Assembly (NCBI GenBank): GCA_965223265.1
Contig: OZ244999.1
Location: forward strand, 9,024,001-9,088,000
DNA length: 64,000 nucleotides
Reading direction: 5' to 3'
Source: Planctomycetota bacterium
GTDB lineage: Bacteria; Planctomycetota; UBA8108; SXIK01
Position numbers and translations under genes: made by a program. This document shows positions 28,061-38,642 of this stretch, piece after piece; position 1 is the stretch's first letter, and every line of letters starts with the position of its first letter. The notes below the pieces were generated by a model. That model worked only from the letters and a program-made list of their open reading frames with translations. It was not told the origin of the DNA and did no database searches.

Positions 28061-30504
28061 GGCATTCGATCCAATTCTTTCCCTGTCCCTGGCGAGCGCA
28101 ACACGAGTTCGATTCCCTGGTGTTGATCGACTCGTTTGACTTGTGAGCTGGTCGTCGTCTCCCTGGGACTATGGTTGAATGCGCCCGGCGAGAACAGCAG
28201 CCCGAGAGTGATTCCGAACAACAGCCCACAGGCGCCGTACCATCTGAAGTCGAGAAGACCGCGCTTCCTCGTCAGGGCGGCTAATACGATGGCTCCGCAG
28301 ATCGATCCGATCGCAGCGATCGCCACGGTCGCGACGTAGACGCCGCGCCCACTGTGCTGGCTGTGACTCGCTTTCGCAGCCGCCGCGCCCGTAGCCGGAT
28401 CTGGCCCGCCCCGGCCGGGACGATGCGCAGCGACCCGGTCGCCGGCGACGATGCGTGCGGCCTCCCAATCCGAATCTGAGACGACGTCCGAAAACGCTGC
28501 CGGCCGCGGCGATTCTTGTGTTATTTGACCGTCGAGCATTGAATCCACAGCTGCGGCGATCTGGGGCTGCTGACTGACGTGTCGGACGACGATCGGTCGA
28601 ATGCTACCGACGGCCTCGGGGTGAGCCCGGAGATAGAGGACGGCGTGCCGCGTCGCATCGCCGTCAGACGTTCGAACCAGTTCGCGCACCAGTCTTTGGT
28701 GAGACTCCGCGAATCCCGTCGGCGCCTTCTCCGCAGGGCATTCCCGCAGGTAAGTGTCGATACATTCCTTGAGTAGAGGCCAGTTCTTGGCGTTCGCGGC
28801 GTCGCCCGCGAGTTTCCAAAGCCGCGCTACGGCGCGAGGCTTGAGCTCGTCTGGCTCCTCGCGGCTCAGAATTGCGGTCTCGCGTGCGATTTTGAACGCT
28901 TCGCTCGGCCCGGAAACATCGTCGAGGCGCGTCAGCCACGACTCCTGCGTCTGTTCGAAGAGCGTTTGGCAGCGTTCGGTGCCGGCGGTGGTCCGCATCT
29001 TGCGCACGGTGTCTCGGATCAGCTCCTGAACTCGCCGACCGCCGTGGCGTTCGAATGCCGTCGACAACTCGCCGATGTCTTGCAAAAGAACCTGATAGAG
29101 ACACCTGTCGAGATTCTCCATAGCCTGCCGGTCATGCGGAAAGGCAACCAGCATGCGTTCGCATTCCTGGGTCGCGGCGCGAGCGTCGCGCGGGAGTAGG
29201 TGGGCGACGAACCGCGCGTAGTAGCGGTGGAGTTTCTTTGCTACGAGCTGTTCCTCGTGGTTGTTCGATGTCAGTCTCTGGGCTTGCCCCAGCACGTCCT
29301 TTGCGGCAGCGAATTCTGCCTGCCGCAGGAGACCCTCGGCGCCTCGCAGCGCCGAGTTGACGAGGGTCTTGCGAAACGCTTCGATGCTGGACTCCTTGGC
29401 GCCGTGAGATCGCAGGTTCGTCGCCCTGCGGAACTCCTCGAGTGCCTTCTCATAGCGGTGCGCGGAAACGTGGCGAGCGCCGATGCGATCGGCGGAGAGC
29501 TTGATCAGAGCGTCCGCTTGCTGGTCCAGATAACGATCCTTATCGCGCGCCGCAACAGCAAGTGATAGCGACTCTTTGGGGTCGGCGGTGGCTCGGGCTC
29601 GCGCCAGCATGACGGCTGCGTCGGCGCGTCTGAGTTCGCGTTCCCACCGCTCGCGCCCTGGGAGTTTTTCGGCTCGTTCGCGGATTTCTCGGAGCCGCCG
29701 CTCCATCGCTTCGACGACGGACATGCTCGGAGCGCTGCGAATGCTGTCGAGAGCTGTCTCGTGAGCGGCTCCTGGCGAACTGGGCTTGGCCTCGTCCGTC
29801 GCATCCATGATCAACGCGAACACGGCGAGGGCGTTGTCATGACGACCACGTTCGCGATCGGAATCCACCCACTTCTGCCAGGCTCCCTCGTAAAGGCGCG
29901 TCTGCCGGCTGAACTGGGTTCGATCCAGCTTCCGCAGGCTGAGCAAGTGAAACACTGACGCAGCGCCGTGAATCTCAGTCTCACGGGCGATCGCTTCAGT
30001 GTGTACAGCGATCAGATGTTTGTCGATCGCTTGGGCGACGCCGGAGGCGTTCGTGGCGAAGTCGAGATACTCTTTCGTCTCCTGATCCTCGGAGCTCGCG
30101 GCTTTCGCCGCGAGAGACTCGAGGATGCTGTTGATTTGAGCGCTCTCGGTCTGCAGCTTCTCGCCGAGCGTCTCACCGCGGCGCCAGGCGTCTTCGAACT
30201 GTTCCCGGTCGACGGCCTTCCAGCCATCGATTTCTTCGGTGAGAAGGGCATGCTCACGCAGACTCCGCTGGAATCGCCCGAGCGCGTTCTGCAGCGCGAT
30301 CCGGTCCGCGTCGGTGATCTGAAGGCGCTCGGAATCACTGCCCAGCTCGGCGAGTCGGCGCGACGCCGCGTGGAGCTTCTTCGAAAACTCTCGGGTTACC
30401 TCCGAGCCGCTGCGCTGGGGTGGGTCGCTCGATTTGCAGCGGCACAAGACCAAAGTCAGCGCCGTCAGGACACAGCTCAGCAGCAGTTGATCTCTACGTG
30501 TCAT
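28057..30504 (-). CDS. Hypothetical exported/lipoprotein with TPR-like helices and two C-terminal TMs
   Basis: 815-aa ORF; signal-like N-terminus ending in Cys; Ala/Glu/Arg-rich helices; hydrophobic C-terminal pair. Confidence 0.65.
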   Translation of the reverse strand: MTRRDQLLLSCVLTALTLVLCRCKSSDPPQRSGSEVTREFSKKLHAASRRLAELGSDSERLQITDADRIALQNALGRFQRSLREHALLTEEIDGWKAVDREQFEDAWRRGETLGEKLQTESAQINSILESLAAKAASSEDQETKEYLDFATNASGVAQAIDKHLIAVHTEAIARETEIHGAASVFHLLSLRKLDRTQFSRQTRLYEGAWQKWVDSDRERGRHDNALAVFALIMDATDEAKPSSPGAAHETALDSIRSAPSMSVVEAMERRLREIRERAEKLPGRERWERELRRADAAVMLARARATADPKESLSLAVAARDKDRYLDQQADALIKLSADRIGARHVSAHRYEKALEEFRRATNLRSHGAKESSIEAFRKTLVNSALRGAEGLLRQAEFAAAKDVLGQAQRLTSNNHEEQLVAKKLHRYYARFVAHLLPRDARAATQECERMLVAFPHDRQAMENLDRCLYQVLLQDIGELSTAFERHGGRRVQELIRDTVRKMRTTAGTERCQTLFEQTQESWLTRLDDVSGPSEAFKIARETAILSREEPDELKPRAVARLWKLAGDAANAKNWPLLKECIDTYLRECPAEKAPTGFAESHQRLVRELVRTSDGDATRHAVLYLRAHPEAVGSIRPIVVRHVSQQPQIAAAVDSMLDGQITQESPRPAAFSDVVSDSDWEAARIVAGDRVAAHRPGRGGPDPATGAAAAKASHSQHSGRGVYVATVAIAAIGSICGAIVLAALTRKRGLLDFRWYGACGLLFGITLGLLFSPGAFNHSPRETTTSSQVKRVDQHQGIELVLRSPGTGKELDRMP

Positions 30505-30818
30505 GCCTAACTTTCGCCCTTAAAATCCTTTCAGGGTCTTGGAAGAAGCCGCCGCTGACGACTGTTTCCCCCTGATCTGGGAAAGCGGTGGGAGTTGTCA
30601 AAGAGTCGCATCTCCTGCGCCGGAGAGGCAAACCGAGGCGGTTGTGAGCCGATTCTTATCGGCCATTCGGCCCTTCGGAGGTACTTTTCGAATTCCAGAC
30701 GGCGTCCAATTCCCGTACACTGTTGGGGTGGAGCGCAGCGGGTAACGGAAGCTGCGCCAGGCGGCCGTCGCCACCACGACGACCAATTCCCTTGCCGAAG
30801 AGCAGAGAGCTTAGACTG

Positions 30819-32195
30819 ATGCTTACAATCGTTGGCGATCCGAGCCGAGAGCGTTTTTGCGATGGCATGAGCCGGCGCAGCTTCCTGCGTTTGGGTGGTC
30901 TGTCCGTTGGCGGTTTATCGCTCGCCGACCTCTTGCGTGCTGAGTCAACACCAGCGTCGCGACCGAAGACCGAGGCCAAGCGGGGGCGTCAGAAGTCGAT
31001 CATCATGATCTTCCTCCCGGGTGGCCCGCCGCATCAGGACATGTTCGACCTGAAAATGGACGCGCCGTCGGAGATCCGCGGCGAGTTCAAGCCGATCAAG
31101 ACGAACGTTCCGGGCATCGAGATCTGCGAGCTCTTCCCGCGCATGGCTGCGATGATGGACCGACTTGCGATCATCCGATCGATCGTTGGCGCACGCGGTT
31201 CTCATTATGCTTTTCAGTGCATGACGGGGCGCTCCGGTCGCGCGCCGGAGCCGCAGCCGCAAGGCGGCTGGCCGGCTCTCGGTTCCGTGCTTTCGAAGCT
31301 CGAAGGGCCTGCGCATCCTGCAATGCCGCCTTACGTCGGCCTGGCACCGCATGACATGGGGCATAGGCCGTGGGCAGATCCGGGCCGTCCGGGTTTCCTT
31401 GGCCCCGCTCACGCGCCGTTCCTGCCATCGGGAGCAGGGCGAGGCGACATGGTGCTCAACGGGGTTTCTGCGGATCGACTTTCAGATCGCAAGACGCTTC
31501 TGGCCAGCTTCGATCGATTTCGCCGGCACGCAGATGCCAGTGGGCTCATGGACGGGATGGATTCGTTTCAGCAGCAGGCGTTCGGGATTTTGACATCGAG
31601 CCGCCTGGCGGAGGCGATGGATCTCGAACGCGAAGAATCTCGAGTACGTGATCGGTACGGGCGCGGCTCCGCCAAAAAGCAGGCGGACGGTGCGCCGAAA
31701 TTGTTGGATCACTTCTTGGTGGCGAGGCGGCTCGTCGAGGCTGGGGTGCGATGTGTCACCCTGGCGTTCAGCCGTTGGGACTGGCACGGCGGCAACTTCC
31801 ACCGTGCTCGGCAGGACTTTCCGATGCTCGACCAAGGGGTCACCGCATTGGTCGAAGACCTGCAGCAACGCGGTCTTGACCGCGACGTGTCGGTCGTCGT
31901 CTGGGGTGAGTTCGGGCGCACGCCAAAGATCAATGAGCGCGCGGGGCGCGATCACTGGCCGCGCGTCTCGTGCGCGCTGATGTACGGCGGCGGAATCCGC
32001 GGTGGGCAAGTGATCGGCGCGACCGATCGTTGGGCAGCGGAGGCGACCGAGCGGCCGGTACACTTCCAAGAAGTGCTGGCGACGCTTTATCACAACGTCG
32101 GCATCGACGTCAATTCGACGACGGTTCCGGACCTCTCCGGGCGGCCTCAGTATCTCGTCGACGAGGCGAGGCAGCCGTTGCCGGAGCTCGTCTGA
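30819..32195 (+). CDS. DUF1501 domain-containing protein
   Basis: [58 protein letters not shown]. Confidence 0.93.
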   Translation: MLTIVGDPSRERFCDGMSRRSFLRLGGLSVGGLSLADLLRAESTPASRPKTEAKRGRQKSIIMIFLPGGPPHQDMFDLKMDAPSEIRGEFKPIKTNVPGIEICELFPRMAAMMDRLAIIRSIVGARGSHYAFQCMTGRSGRAPEPQPQGGWPALGSVLSKLEGPAHPAMPPYVGLAPHDMGHRPWADPGRPGFLGPAHAPFLPSGAGRGDMVLNGVSADRLSDRKTLLASFDRFRRHADASGLMDGMDSFQQQAFGILTSSRLAEAMDLEREESRVRDRYGRGSAKKQADGAPKLLDHFLVARRLVEAGVRCVTLAFSRWDWHGGNFHRARQDFPMLDQGVTALVEDLQQRGLDRDVSVVVWGEFGRTPKINERAGRDHWPRVSCALMYGGGIRGGQVIGATDRWAAEATERPVHFQEVLATLYHNVGIDVNSTTVPDLSGRPQYLVDEARQPLPELV

Positions 32196-32253
32196 GTGTC
32201 GACCGCCATCCGCACAAGCCGCTGACGGACCTCAGGACGCTGCGGTCGGCGTT

Positions 32254-33252
32254 CTAAGTGGTGCTGGCGCCAGTGAGAATCCTCGTGACGATCTTGGGGC
32301 CTTCGTAGATCAGGCCCGTGTAGAGCTCGACGAGTTCGGCACCCGCCTGGCGCTTCTCCTGATAGTCGGCGGCGGTGAATACGCCACCGACACCGACGAT
32401 CGTTAGGGCGCCGTGGCACTCGTCGCGAATCATGCGCACGACTTCTGTGCTACGCATCGTGAGGGGTTTTCCGCTCAATCCTCCTGACTCGGTGAGTTCG
32501 ATGCTGGAGTGATCGATCGTCGTGTTCGTCGCGACGATGCCGCTGAGCTCAACGTCTCGAGCGAGCGCGACGATCGCCCGAATGTCTTGCGAGCTGAGGT
32601 CGGGCGCGATCTTCACCAAGAGCGGCTTCGCCGCACGGTTTTCGTGTTGAAGGAGTTCGAGGATCGGTTTGAGTCGGTCCGGCGATTGGAGGTCTCGCAG
32701 TCCGGGGGTGTTCGGAGAGCTGACGTTGACGACGAAGAAATCGGCGAGATCGTAAAGCTGCCGGAACGAGTAGAGATAGTCAGTCGCGGCGTCTTCGATT
32801 GTCGTGACGCGCGACTTGCCGATGTTGGCTCCAATGACGAAGCCGTCGTCAGGAAATCGTTGGCGATATTGGCGCAGCCGAGCAGCGATCACATCCGCAC
32901 CGTCGTTTGGGAAGCCGAGCCGGTTGACGAGCCCACGTTCCCGGCGGCAGCGAAAAAGGCGGGGCCGGGGATTGCCGGGCTGGGGGTGCCGAGTGGCCGT
33001 GCCGATCTCAACGAATCCGAAGCCGAGCGCTTTCCATGCCCGGAGCGCGATTGCGTTTTTGTCGAAACCGGCTGCCAGACCGAGGCGATTGCGAAACGTT
33101 AGGTTCCACAGTTGCAACGGATCGCGCGGCGCCTCGGCCGTGCCAATCACCGCGCCGAAACCAGGTTGGGAGAGCAGGCGCAGAGCGGCGTGGTGCGCAG
33201 TCTCTGGGTTGAGGCCGAAGAGAATCGGGCGGAGAACCCGGGAGTAGAGCAT
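32254..33252 (-). CDS. pyrD: Quinone-dependent dihydroorotate dehydrogenase
   Basis: GLAAGFDKN, GNPRPRLFR, NVSSPNTPGLR, KIAPDL, TNTT, GGLSG. Confidence 0.96.
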   Translation of the reverse strand: MLYSRVLRPILFGLNPETAHHAALRLLSQPGFGAVIGTAEAPRDPLQLWNLTFRNRLGLAAGFDKNAIALRAWKALGFGFVEIGTATRHPQPGNPRPRLFRCRRERGLVNRLGFPNDGADVIAARLRQYRQRFPDDGFVIGANIGKSRVTTIEDAATDYLYSFRQLYDLADFFVVNVSSPNTPGLRDLQSPDRLKPILELLQHENRAAKPLLVKIAPDLSSQDIRAIVALARDVELSGIVATNTTIDHSSIELTESGGLSGKPLTMRSTEVVRMIRDECHGALTIVGVGGVFTAADYQEKRQAGAELVELYTGLIYEGPKIVTRILTGASTT

Positions 33253-33667
33253 GGGGCGAGTCGACCTGAGTGTGGAGCCGTCCGGAACGATCGTGATTGG
33301 CTCCTCACTATAGAAGCTAACTCAGTTCCTGCAAAGAGGTTGCTCGTCCGTCGAGTCCGCCTGCAGTCGGCGACTGTGCCCGAGACCTCTACCGTGCACG
33401 AAGATGGTGGGCACGATTCGGGCTGGAGCGCCGTTTTTTCTTCAGATTCTTCTCGACGACGAGTTACTCTATTTGCTCGGAGCGTCTCCGCTCTGTCGAC
33501 TCTCGGCGGCGGTTGGCGCCGGATGTATGGGGCCCATACATCCAACAACGAGGTCTCTGGTTAGCTACGTACCCTTCATCTCGATACCAAGTTATCGAAC
33601 GGCGCTCTCACGGATTGACACCGCTCGAGTTCGCCGCTCTCGACTCTCTTTTTCCGAGGAGGTTCAC

Positions 33668-36600
33668 ATGCGTTGGATTCCTTTGAGCGCTGTCGCTATT
33701 GCTTGTTTTCTAGCGGCACCACTTGCCGCTGGAGAATCGTGCTGCGCGAAGCTCGCACAGGCGCAGAAGAGTGTTGACGCTCTTTTGGCCAAGTGGCAGC
33801 AAGCCGTGGGCTCTCTCGACGCGGACCAGCAGCGAAGCGCTGCCAGCGAGTTCGCGGAGGTAGCGAAGTCTTGCCCGATCGGTTCCCGAGTCCGGCGGAG
33901 TGTTTTCATTGCGCACGATGCATTGGCCGCGGCTGCTAAAGCAGACGAGGAGTGCAGGGCCGCTTGCGCCAAGAAAGAAAAAGGTGAGGTGTGCGCGAAG
34001 TTGGCTGCTGCTGCCAAGGCGCGCTCGCAGCTGATCGGCTCGCTGAAGACGCTGGCGGCGCACGCTGCGTCGGGGCTTGGTCAGAACGAATCATTGGCAG
34101 CCGTCGCCAAGGGTGATGCCGCGTGTGCGAAGAGCAAAGCGGTAGCAGGGAAGGGCTTCTGCGCCAAGAGCGCCGAGAAGCTTGCCACAGCGATTCGCGG
34201 CGAGTCTTGCCAGAAGAAGGGTGCGAAGCTTCTGTTGTCGGAGGTTGAAGGACTGAGCTGTGCGAAGAGCGCCGAGAAGCTCGTTGCTGCGGTTCAGGCT
34301 GCAGGCTGCGCAAAGTCGGGCGGGAAGCTAATCAAGGCGAAGGTCGATGAGCTTGCTGGCGTGAAGGCTTGCGCGAAGAAGAGCGAGGCCTGCGCCAAGA
34401 GCAAAGCTGTAGCTGCGAAGGGTTTCTGCGCCAAGAGCGCGGAGAAGCTTGCGGCGGCGATCCGCGGCGAAGCCTGTCAGAAGAAGGGAGCGAAGCTCCT
34501 TCTCTCTGAGGTTGAGGGTTTGAGCTGCGCGAAGAGTGCCGAGAAGCTTGTCGCTGCGGTTCAGGCTGCAGGCTGCGCAAAGTCGGGCGGGAAGCTAATC
34601 AAGGCGAAGGTCGATGAGCTTGCTGGCGTGAAGGCTTGCGCGAAGAAGAGCGAGGCCTGCGCCAAGAGCAAAGCTGTAGCTGCGAAGGGTTTCTGCGCCA
34701 AGAGCGCGGAGAAGCTTGCGGCGGCGATCCGCGGCGAAGCCTGTCAGAAGAAGGGAGCGAAGCTCCTTCTCTCTGAGGTTGAGGGTTTGAGCTGCGCGAA
34801 GAGTGCCGAGAAGCTTGTCGCTGCGGTGAAGTCAGCAGGCTGCGAGAAGTCAGCTGGGAAGCTGATCAAGGCGAAGGTCGATGAGCTTGCTGGCGTGAAG
34901 GCTTGCGCGAAGAAGAGCGAGGCCTGCGCCAAGAGCAAGGCTGTAGCTGCGAAGGGCTTCTGTGCCAAGAGCGCCGAGAAGCTTGCCACAGCGATTCGCG
35001 GCGAGTCTTGCCAGAAGAAGGGCGCGAAGCTTCTGTTGTCGGAGGTTGAAGGACTGAGCTGCGCGAAGAGCGCCGAGAAGCTCGTTGCTGCGGTGAAGTC
35101 AGCAGGCTGCGAGAAGTCAGCCGGGAAGCTGATCAAGGCGAAGGTCGATGAGCTTGCTGGCGTGAAGGCTTGCGCGAAGAAGAGCGAAGCCTGCGCCAAG
35201 AGCAAAGCTGTAGCTGCGAAGGGTTTCTGCGCCAAGAGCGCGGAGAAGCTTGCGGTGGCGATCCGCGGCGAAGCCTGTCAGAAGAAGGGAGCGAAGCTCC
35301 TTCTCTCTGAGGTTGAGGGCTTGAACTGCGCGAAGAGTGCCGAGACGCTTGTCGCCGCGGTGAAATCAGCAGGCTGCGCGAAGTCAGCCGGGAAGTTGAT
35401 CACGGCGAAGGTCGATGAGCTTGCCTGTGTGAAAGCCTGCGCGAAGAAGAGCGAAGCCTGCGCCAAGAGCAAGGCTGTAGCTGCGAAGGGTTTCTGCGCC
35501 AAGAGCGCCGAGAAGCTTGCGGCGGCGATCCGCGGCGAAGCCTGTCAGAAGAAGGGAGCGAAGCTCCTTCTCTCTGAGGTTGAGGGCTTGAGCTGCGCGA
35601 AGAGCGCCGAGAAGCTCGTTGCTGCGGTGAAATCGGCAGGCTGCGAGAAGTCAGCCGGGAAGCTGATCAAGGCGAAGGTTGATGAGCTTGCCGGCGTGAA
35701 GGCTTGCGCGAAGAAGAGCGAAGCCTGCGCCAAGAGCAAGGCTGTAGCTGCGAAGGGTTTCTGCGCCAAGAGCGCCGAGAAGCTTGCGGCGGCGATCCGC
35801 GGCGAAGCCTGTCAGAAGAAGGGAGCGAAGCTTCTTCTCTCTGAGGTTGAAGGACTGAGCTGCGCGAAGAGTGCCGAGAATCTTGTCGCTGCGGTGAAGT
35901 CAGCAGGCTGCGAGAAGTCAGCCGGGAAGCTGATCAAGGCGAAGGTCGATGAGCTTGCCTGTGTGAAAGCCTGCGCGAAGAAGAGCGAAGCCTGCGCCAA
36001 GAGCAAGGCTGTAGCTGCGAAGGGTTTCTGCGCCAAGAGCGCCGAGAAGCTTGCGGCGGCGATCCGCGGCGAAGCCTGTCAGAAGAAGGGAGCGAAGCTC
36101 CTTCTCTCTGAGGTTGAGGGCTTGAGCTGCGCGAAGAGCGCCGAGAAGCTCGTTGCTGCGGTGAAATCGGCAGGCTGCGAGAAGTCAGCCGGGAAGCTGA
36201 TCAAGGCGAAGGTTGATGAGCTTGCCGGCGTGAAGGCTTGCGCGAAGAAGAGCGAAGCCTGCGCCAAGAGCAAGGCTGTAGCTGCGAAGGGTTTCTGCGC
36301 CAAGAGCGCCGAGAAGCTTGCGGCGGCGATCCGCGGCGAAGCCTGTCAGAAGAAGGGAGCGAAGCTTCTTCTCTCTGAGGTTGAAGGACTGAGCTGCGCG
36401 AAGAGTGCCGAGAATCTTGTCGCTGCGGTGAAGTCAGCAGGCTGCGAGAAGTCAGCCGGGAAGCTGATCAAGGCGAAGGTCGATGAGCTTGCCTGTGTGA
36501 AAGCCTGCGCGAAGAAGAGCGAAGCCTGCGCCAAGAGCAAGGCTGTAGCTGCGAAGGGTTTCTGCGCCAAGAGCGCCGAGAAGCTTGCGGCGGCGATCCG

Positions 36601-37186
36601 CGGCGAAGCCTGTCAGAAGAAGGGAGCGAAGCTCCTTCTCTCTGAGGTTGAGGGCTTGAGCTGCGCGAAGAGCGCCGAGAAGCTCGTTGCTGCGGTGAAA
36701 TCGGCAGGCTGCGAGAAGTCAGCCGGGAAGCTGATCAAGGCGAAGGTCGATGAGCTTGCTGGCGTGAAGGCTTGCGCGAAGAAGCAAGGAAAGTCCGCCT
36801 GCGCCAAGTCGGTTGCCGCTCGCGCGCGTTCTCTCCTGGCTGAACTCGACGGCGCTCCCGCCGAGTTTGCAGCGCTCTCTGAAGCGAAGCGCGGCGAGAT
36901 CTACGCTGGTGTTCACCGCGTCATGGGAAGCAATGCGGCCGCAGCTCTCGTGCCCGAGACGATCATGACCCTTGCGCATGGCTTGGAAGCCCTGACGGCT
37001 GCCGATCAAGCCATGCTGAAGGCGCTCGAGACTCAGGAAGCGATCCGCAAGATGGTGACGCCCGAGATGGAGAGCAAGTTCCGCACCAATGCCGAGGCTC
37101 TCCGCGAGACCAGCGCGCTTCTGCAGAAGGCAGTCGCTGTGATCGAAAGATCGAAAGAGTCTGCCGAGAAGCGAGCTGACGATTGA
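33668..37186 (+). CDS. Secreted Cys/Lys/Ala-rich tandem-repeat protein (10 x 89 aa)
   Basis: GAGGAGG RBS, ATG 33668, signal peptide MRWIPLSAVAIACFLAAPLAA; uninterrupted frame through ten 267-bp units; many unit differences are synonymous; followed by a terminator. Confidence 0.85.
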   Translation: MRWIPLSAVAIACFLAAPLAAGESCCAKLAQAQKSVDALLAKWQQAVGSLDADQQRSAASEFAEVAKSCPIGSRVRRSVFIAHDALAAAAKADEECRAACAKKEKGEVCAKLAAAAKARSQLIGSLKTLAAHAASGLGQNESLAAVAKGDAACAKSKAVAGKGFCAKSAEKLATAIRGESCQKKGAKLLLSEVEGLSCAKSAEKLVAAVQAAGCAKSGGKLIKAKVDELAGVKACAKKSEACAKSKAVAAKGFCAKSAEKLAAAIRGEACQKKGAKLLLSEVEGLSCAKSAEKLVAAVQAAGCAKSGGKLIKAKVDELAGVKACAKKSEACAKSKAVAAKGFCAKSAEKLAAAIRGEACQKKGAKLLLSEVEGLSCAKSAEKLVAAVKSAGCEKSAGKLIKAKVDELAGVKACAKKSEACAKSKAVAAKGFCAKSAEKLATAIRGESCQKKGAKLLLSEVEGLSCAKSAEKLVAAVKSAGCEKSAGKLIKAKVDELAGVKACAKKSEACAKSKAVAAKGFCAKSAEKLAVAIRGEACQKKGAKLLLSEVEGLNCAKSAETLVAAVKSAGCAKSAGKLITAKVDELACVKACAKKSEACAKSKAVAAKGFCAKSAEKLAAAIRGEACQKKGAKLLLSEVEGLSCAKSAEKLVAAVKSAGCEKSAGKLIKAKVDELAGVKACAKKSEACAKSKAVAAKGFCAKSAEKLAAAIRGEACQKKGAKLLLSEVEGLSCAKSAENLVAAVKSAGCEKSAGKLIKAKVDELACVKACAKKSEACAKSKAVAAKGFCAKSAEKLAAAIRGEACQKKGAKLLLSEVEGLSCAKSAEKLVAAVKSAGCEKSAGKLIKAKVDELAGVKACAKKSEACAKSKAVAAKGFCAKSAEKLAAAIRGEACQKKGAKLLLSEVEGLSCAKSAENLVAAVKSAGCEKSAGKLIKAKVDELACVKACAKKSEACAKSKAVAAKGFCAKSAEKLAAAIRGEACQKKGAKLLLSEVEGLSCAKSAEKLVAAVKSAGCEKSAGKLIKAKVDELAGVKACAKKQGKSACAKSVAARARSLLAELDGAPAEFAALSEAKRGEIYAGVHRVMGSNAAAALVPETIMTLAHGLEALTAADQAMLKALETQEAIRKMVTPEMESKFRTNAEALRETSALLQKAVAVIERSKESAEKRADD
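34121..36790 (+). repeat. Intragenic tandem array, 10 x 267 bp
   Basis: GGYTTCTGYGCCAAG (GFCAK) recurs every 267 bp from ~34153 to ~36556. Confidence 0.95.
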
Positions 37187-37210
37187 CACTCTGCTGACTC
37201 TCTGGCAGAT

Positions 37211-37249
37211 AACGGGCGCGAGTCGTTTCACGGCTCGCGCCCGTTTTTT
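37211..37249 (+). terminator. Rho-independent terminator
   Basis: AACGGGCGCGAGTCG / CGGCTCGCGCCCGTT stem, 5-nt loop, T-tract. Confidence 0.85.
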
Positions 37250-37317
37250 CGTTTGGTGGGGGACACTCCATCACTAAGATGCGCGGCGATCGGGCACGCA
37301 TCGAGCAAGGAGCTAGA

Positions 37318-38595
37318 ATGGACGCGTTGAGACGTCGGGAGACGATTGGGGTCCGTGTGGGAAAGGTGCAGGTAGGCGGTGGAGCGCCGATCGTCGTCCA
37401 GTCGATGGCGAACACCGACACCGCAGATGTGGAGACGACGACGATCCAGGTGATGGAACTAGCCGAGGCCGGCTCTGAGCTCGTCCGTATCACGGTCAAC
37501 AACAACGCGGCGGCAAAGGCCGTCCCAGAGATCCGGAAGCGCCTGGACGATGCAGGCTGCGCCGTGCCCCTCATTGGTGACTTCCACTACAACGGCCATC
37601 AGCTTTTGCGCGCCTACCCTGCGTGCGCGCTCGCACTCGATAAGTACCGCATCAATCCAGGTAACGTGGGCAGCGGCAAGCGTCGTGACGAGCAGTTCGC
37701 GACGATCTGTGAAGTGGCGATCGAGAACAACAAGCCCGTCCGCATCGGTGTCAATGCGGGCAGCCTCGATCAAGAGCTCGTCATGCGAAAGATGCAGGAG
37801 AACACCGACCAGGAGCTTGGCCTCGATTCCGAAGGCATCCTCAGCGAGTGCATGGTGATCTCAGCTCTGCAGTCGACGGAGATGGCGCTTGAGTGCGGTC
37901 TCCGTGAAGACCAAATCATTATTTCCTGCAAGATTTCCCAACCGCGGCATCTGATCACTCTTTATCGGGAGCTGGCGTCAAAGACGCGGCAACCTCTCCA
38001 CCTTGGACTCACCGAGGCGGGAATGGGGATCAAGGGGTGCGTTTGGTCCGCGACGTGTATGGGTATTCTGCTTCATGAAGGAATTGGCGACACCATTCGT
38101 GTCTCCTTGACTCCCAAGCCGGGTGGCGATCGCCGCGAAGAGGTTTACGCCGCGCAGGAAATCCTCCAATCCCTCGGGCTGCGCGCATTCGCGCCGAGCG
38201 TCACGGCTTGCCCCGGTTGTGGCCGCACCACGAGCACCGTGTTTCAAGAGCTGGCGGAGGAAATCCAGGCGTACGTTCGCGACCGTATGAGCGAGTGGAA
38301 GAAACAGTACGAAGGCGTCGAGGAATTAACACTCGCAGTCATGGGCTGCGTCGTCAACGGACCCGGAGAAAGCCGTGCTGCAAACATCGGCATTAGTCTA
38401 CCGGGCACAGGCGAGGAGCCTACATGCCCCGTCTATATCGACGGCAAACGCGTCAAGAATCTGAAGGGTTCCCCTGAGGAGCTAGCGCGGGAGTTTCGTC
38501 AGCTCGTCGACGACTACGTCGTCGCCAAGTATCCACCGGCGACTCCAACGGCTGCGATCGATGGCGAGCAAGAACGGCGCAGAGTGCGTCAGTAG
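37318..38595 (+). CDS. ispG: (E)-4-hydroxy-3-methylbut-2-enyl-diphosphate synthase
   Basis: AAGGAG RBS; [61 protein letters not shown]. Confidence 0.97.
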   Translation: MDALRRRETIGVRVGKVQVGGGAPIVVQSMANTDTADVETTTIQVMELAEAGSELVRITVNNNAAAKAVPEIRKRLDDAGCAVPLIGDFHYNGHQLLRAYPACALALDKYRINPGNVGSGKRRDEQFATICEVAIENNKPVRIGVNAGSLDQELVMRKMQENTDQELGLDSEGILSECMVISALQSTEMALECGLREDQIIISCKISQPRHLITLYRELASKTRQPLHLGLTEAGMGIKGCVWSATCMGILLHEGIGDTIRVSLTPKPGGDRREEVYAAQEILQSLGLRAFAPSVTACPGCGRTTSTVFQELAEEIQAYVRDRMSEWKKQYEGVEELTLAVMGCVVNGPGESRAANIGISLPGTGEEPTCPVYIDGKRVKNLKGSPEELAREFRQLVDDYVVAKYPPATPTAAIDGEQERRRVRQ

Positions 38596-38642
38596 AGGTT
38601 CAAACGTCGCCGAAGGCCACATCCCAGAAGGCTGGATTCAGC

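Noticed and set aside
33304-33313. CTCACTATAG, the 3' part of the T7 promoter
   Set aside because: The upstream TAATACGA is absent; a 10-bp chance match with no vector context.
33404-33667. Longer N-terminal extensions given by the ORF track (also 4207, 8363, 21876, 30723, 12772)
   Set aside because: Downstream ATGs fit better, by RBS, signal peptide, family N-terminus or lack of overlap with the upstream gene.
34121-36790. Possible CRISPR array or multiheme cytochrome
   Set aside because: Units are contiguous 267-bp coding repeats with no unique spacers and no cas genes; there are no CxxCH motifs.
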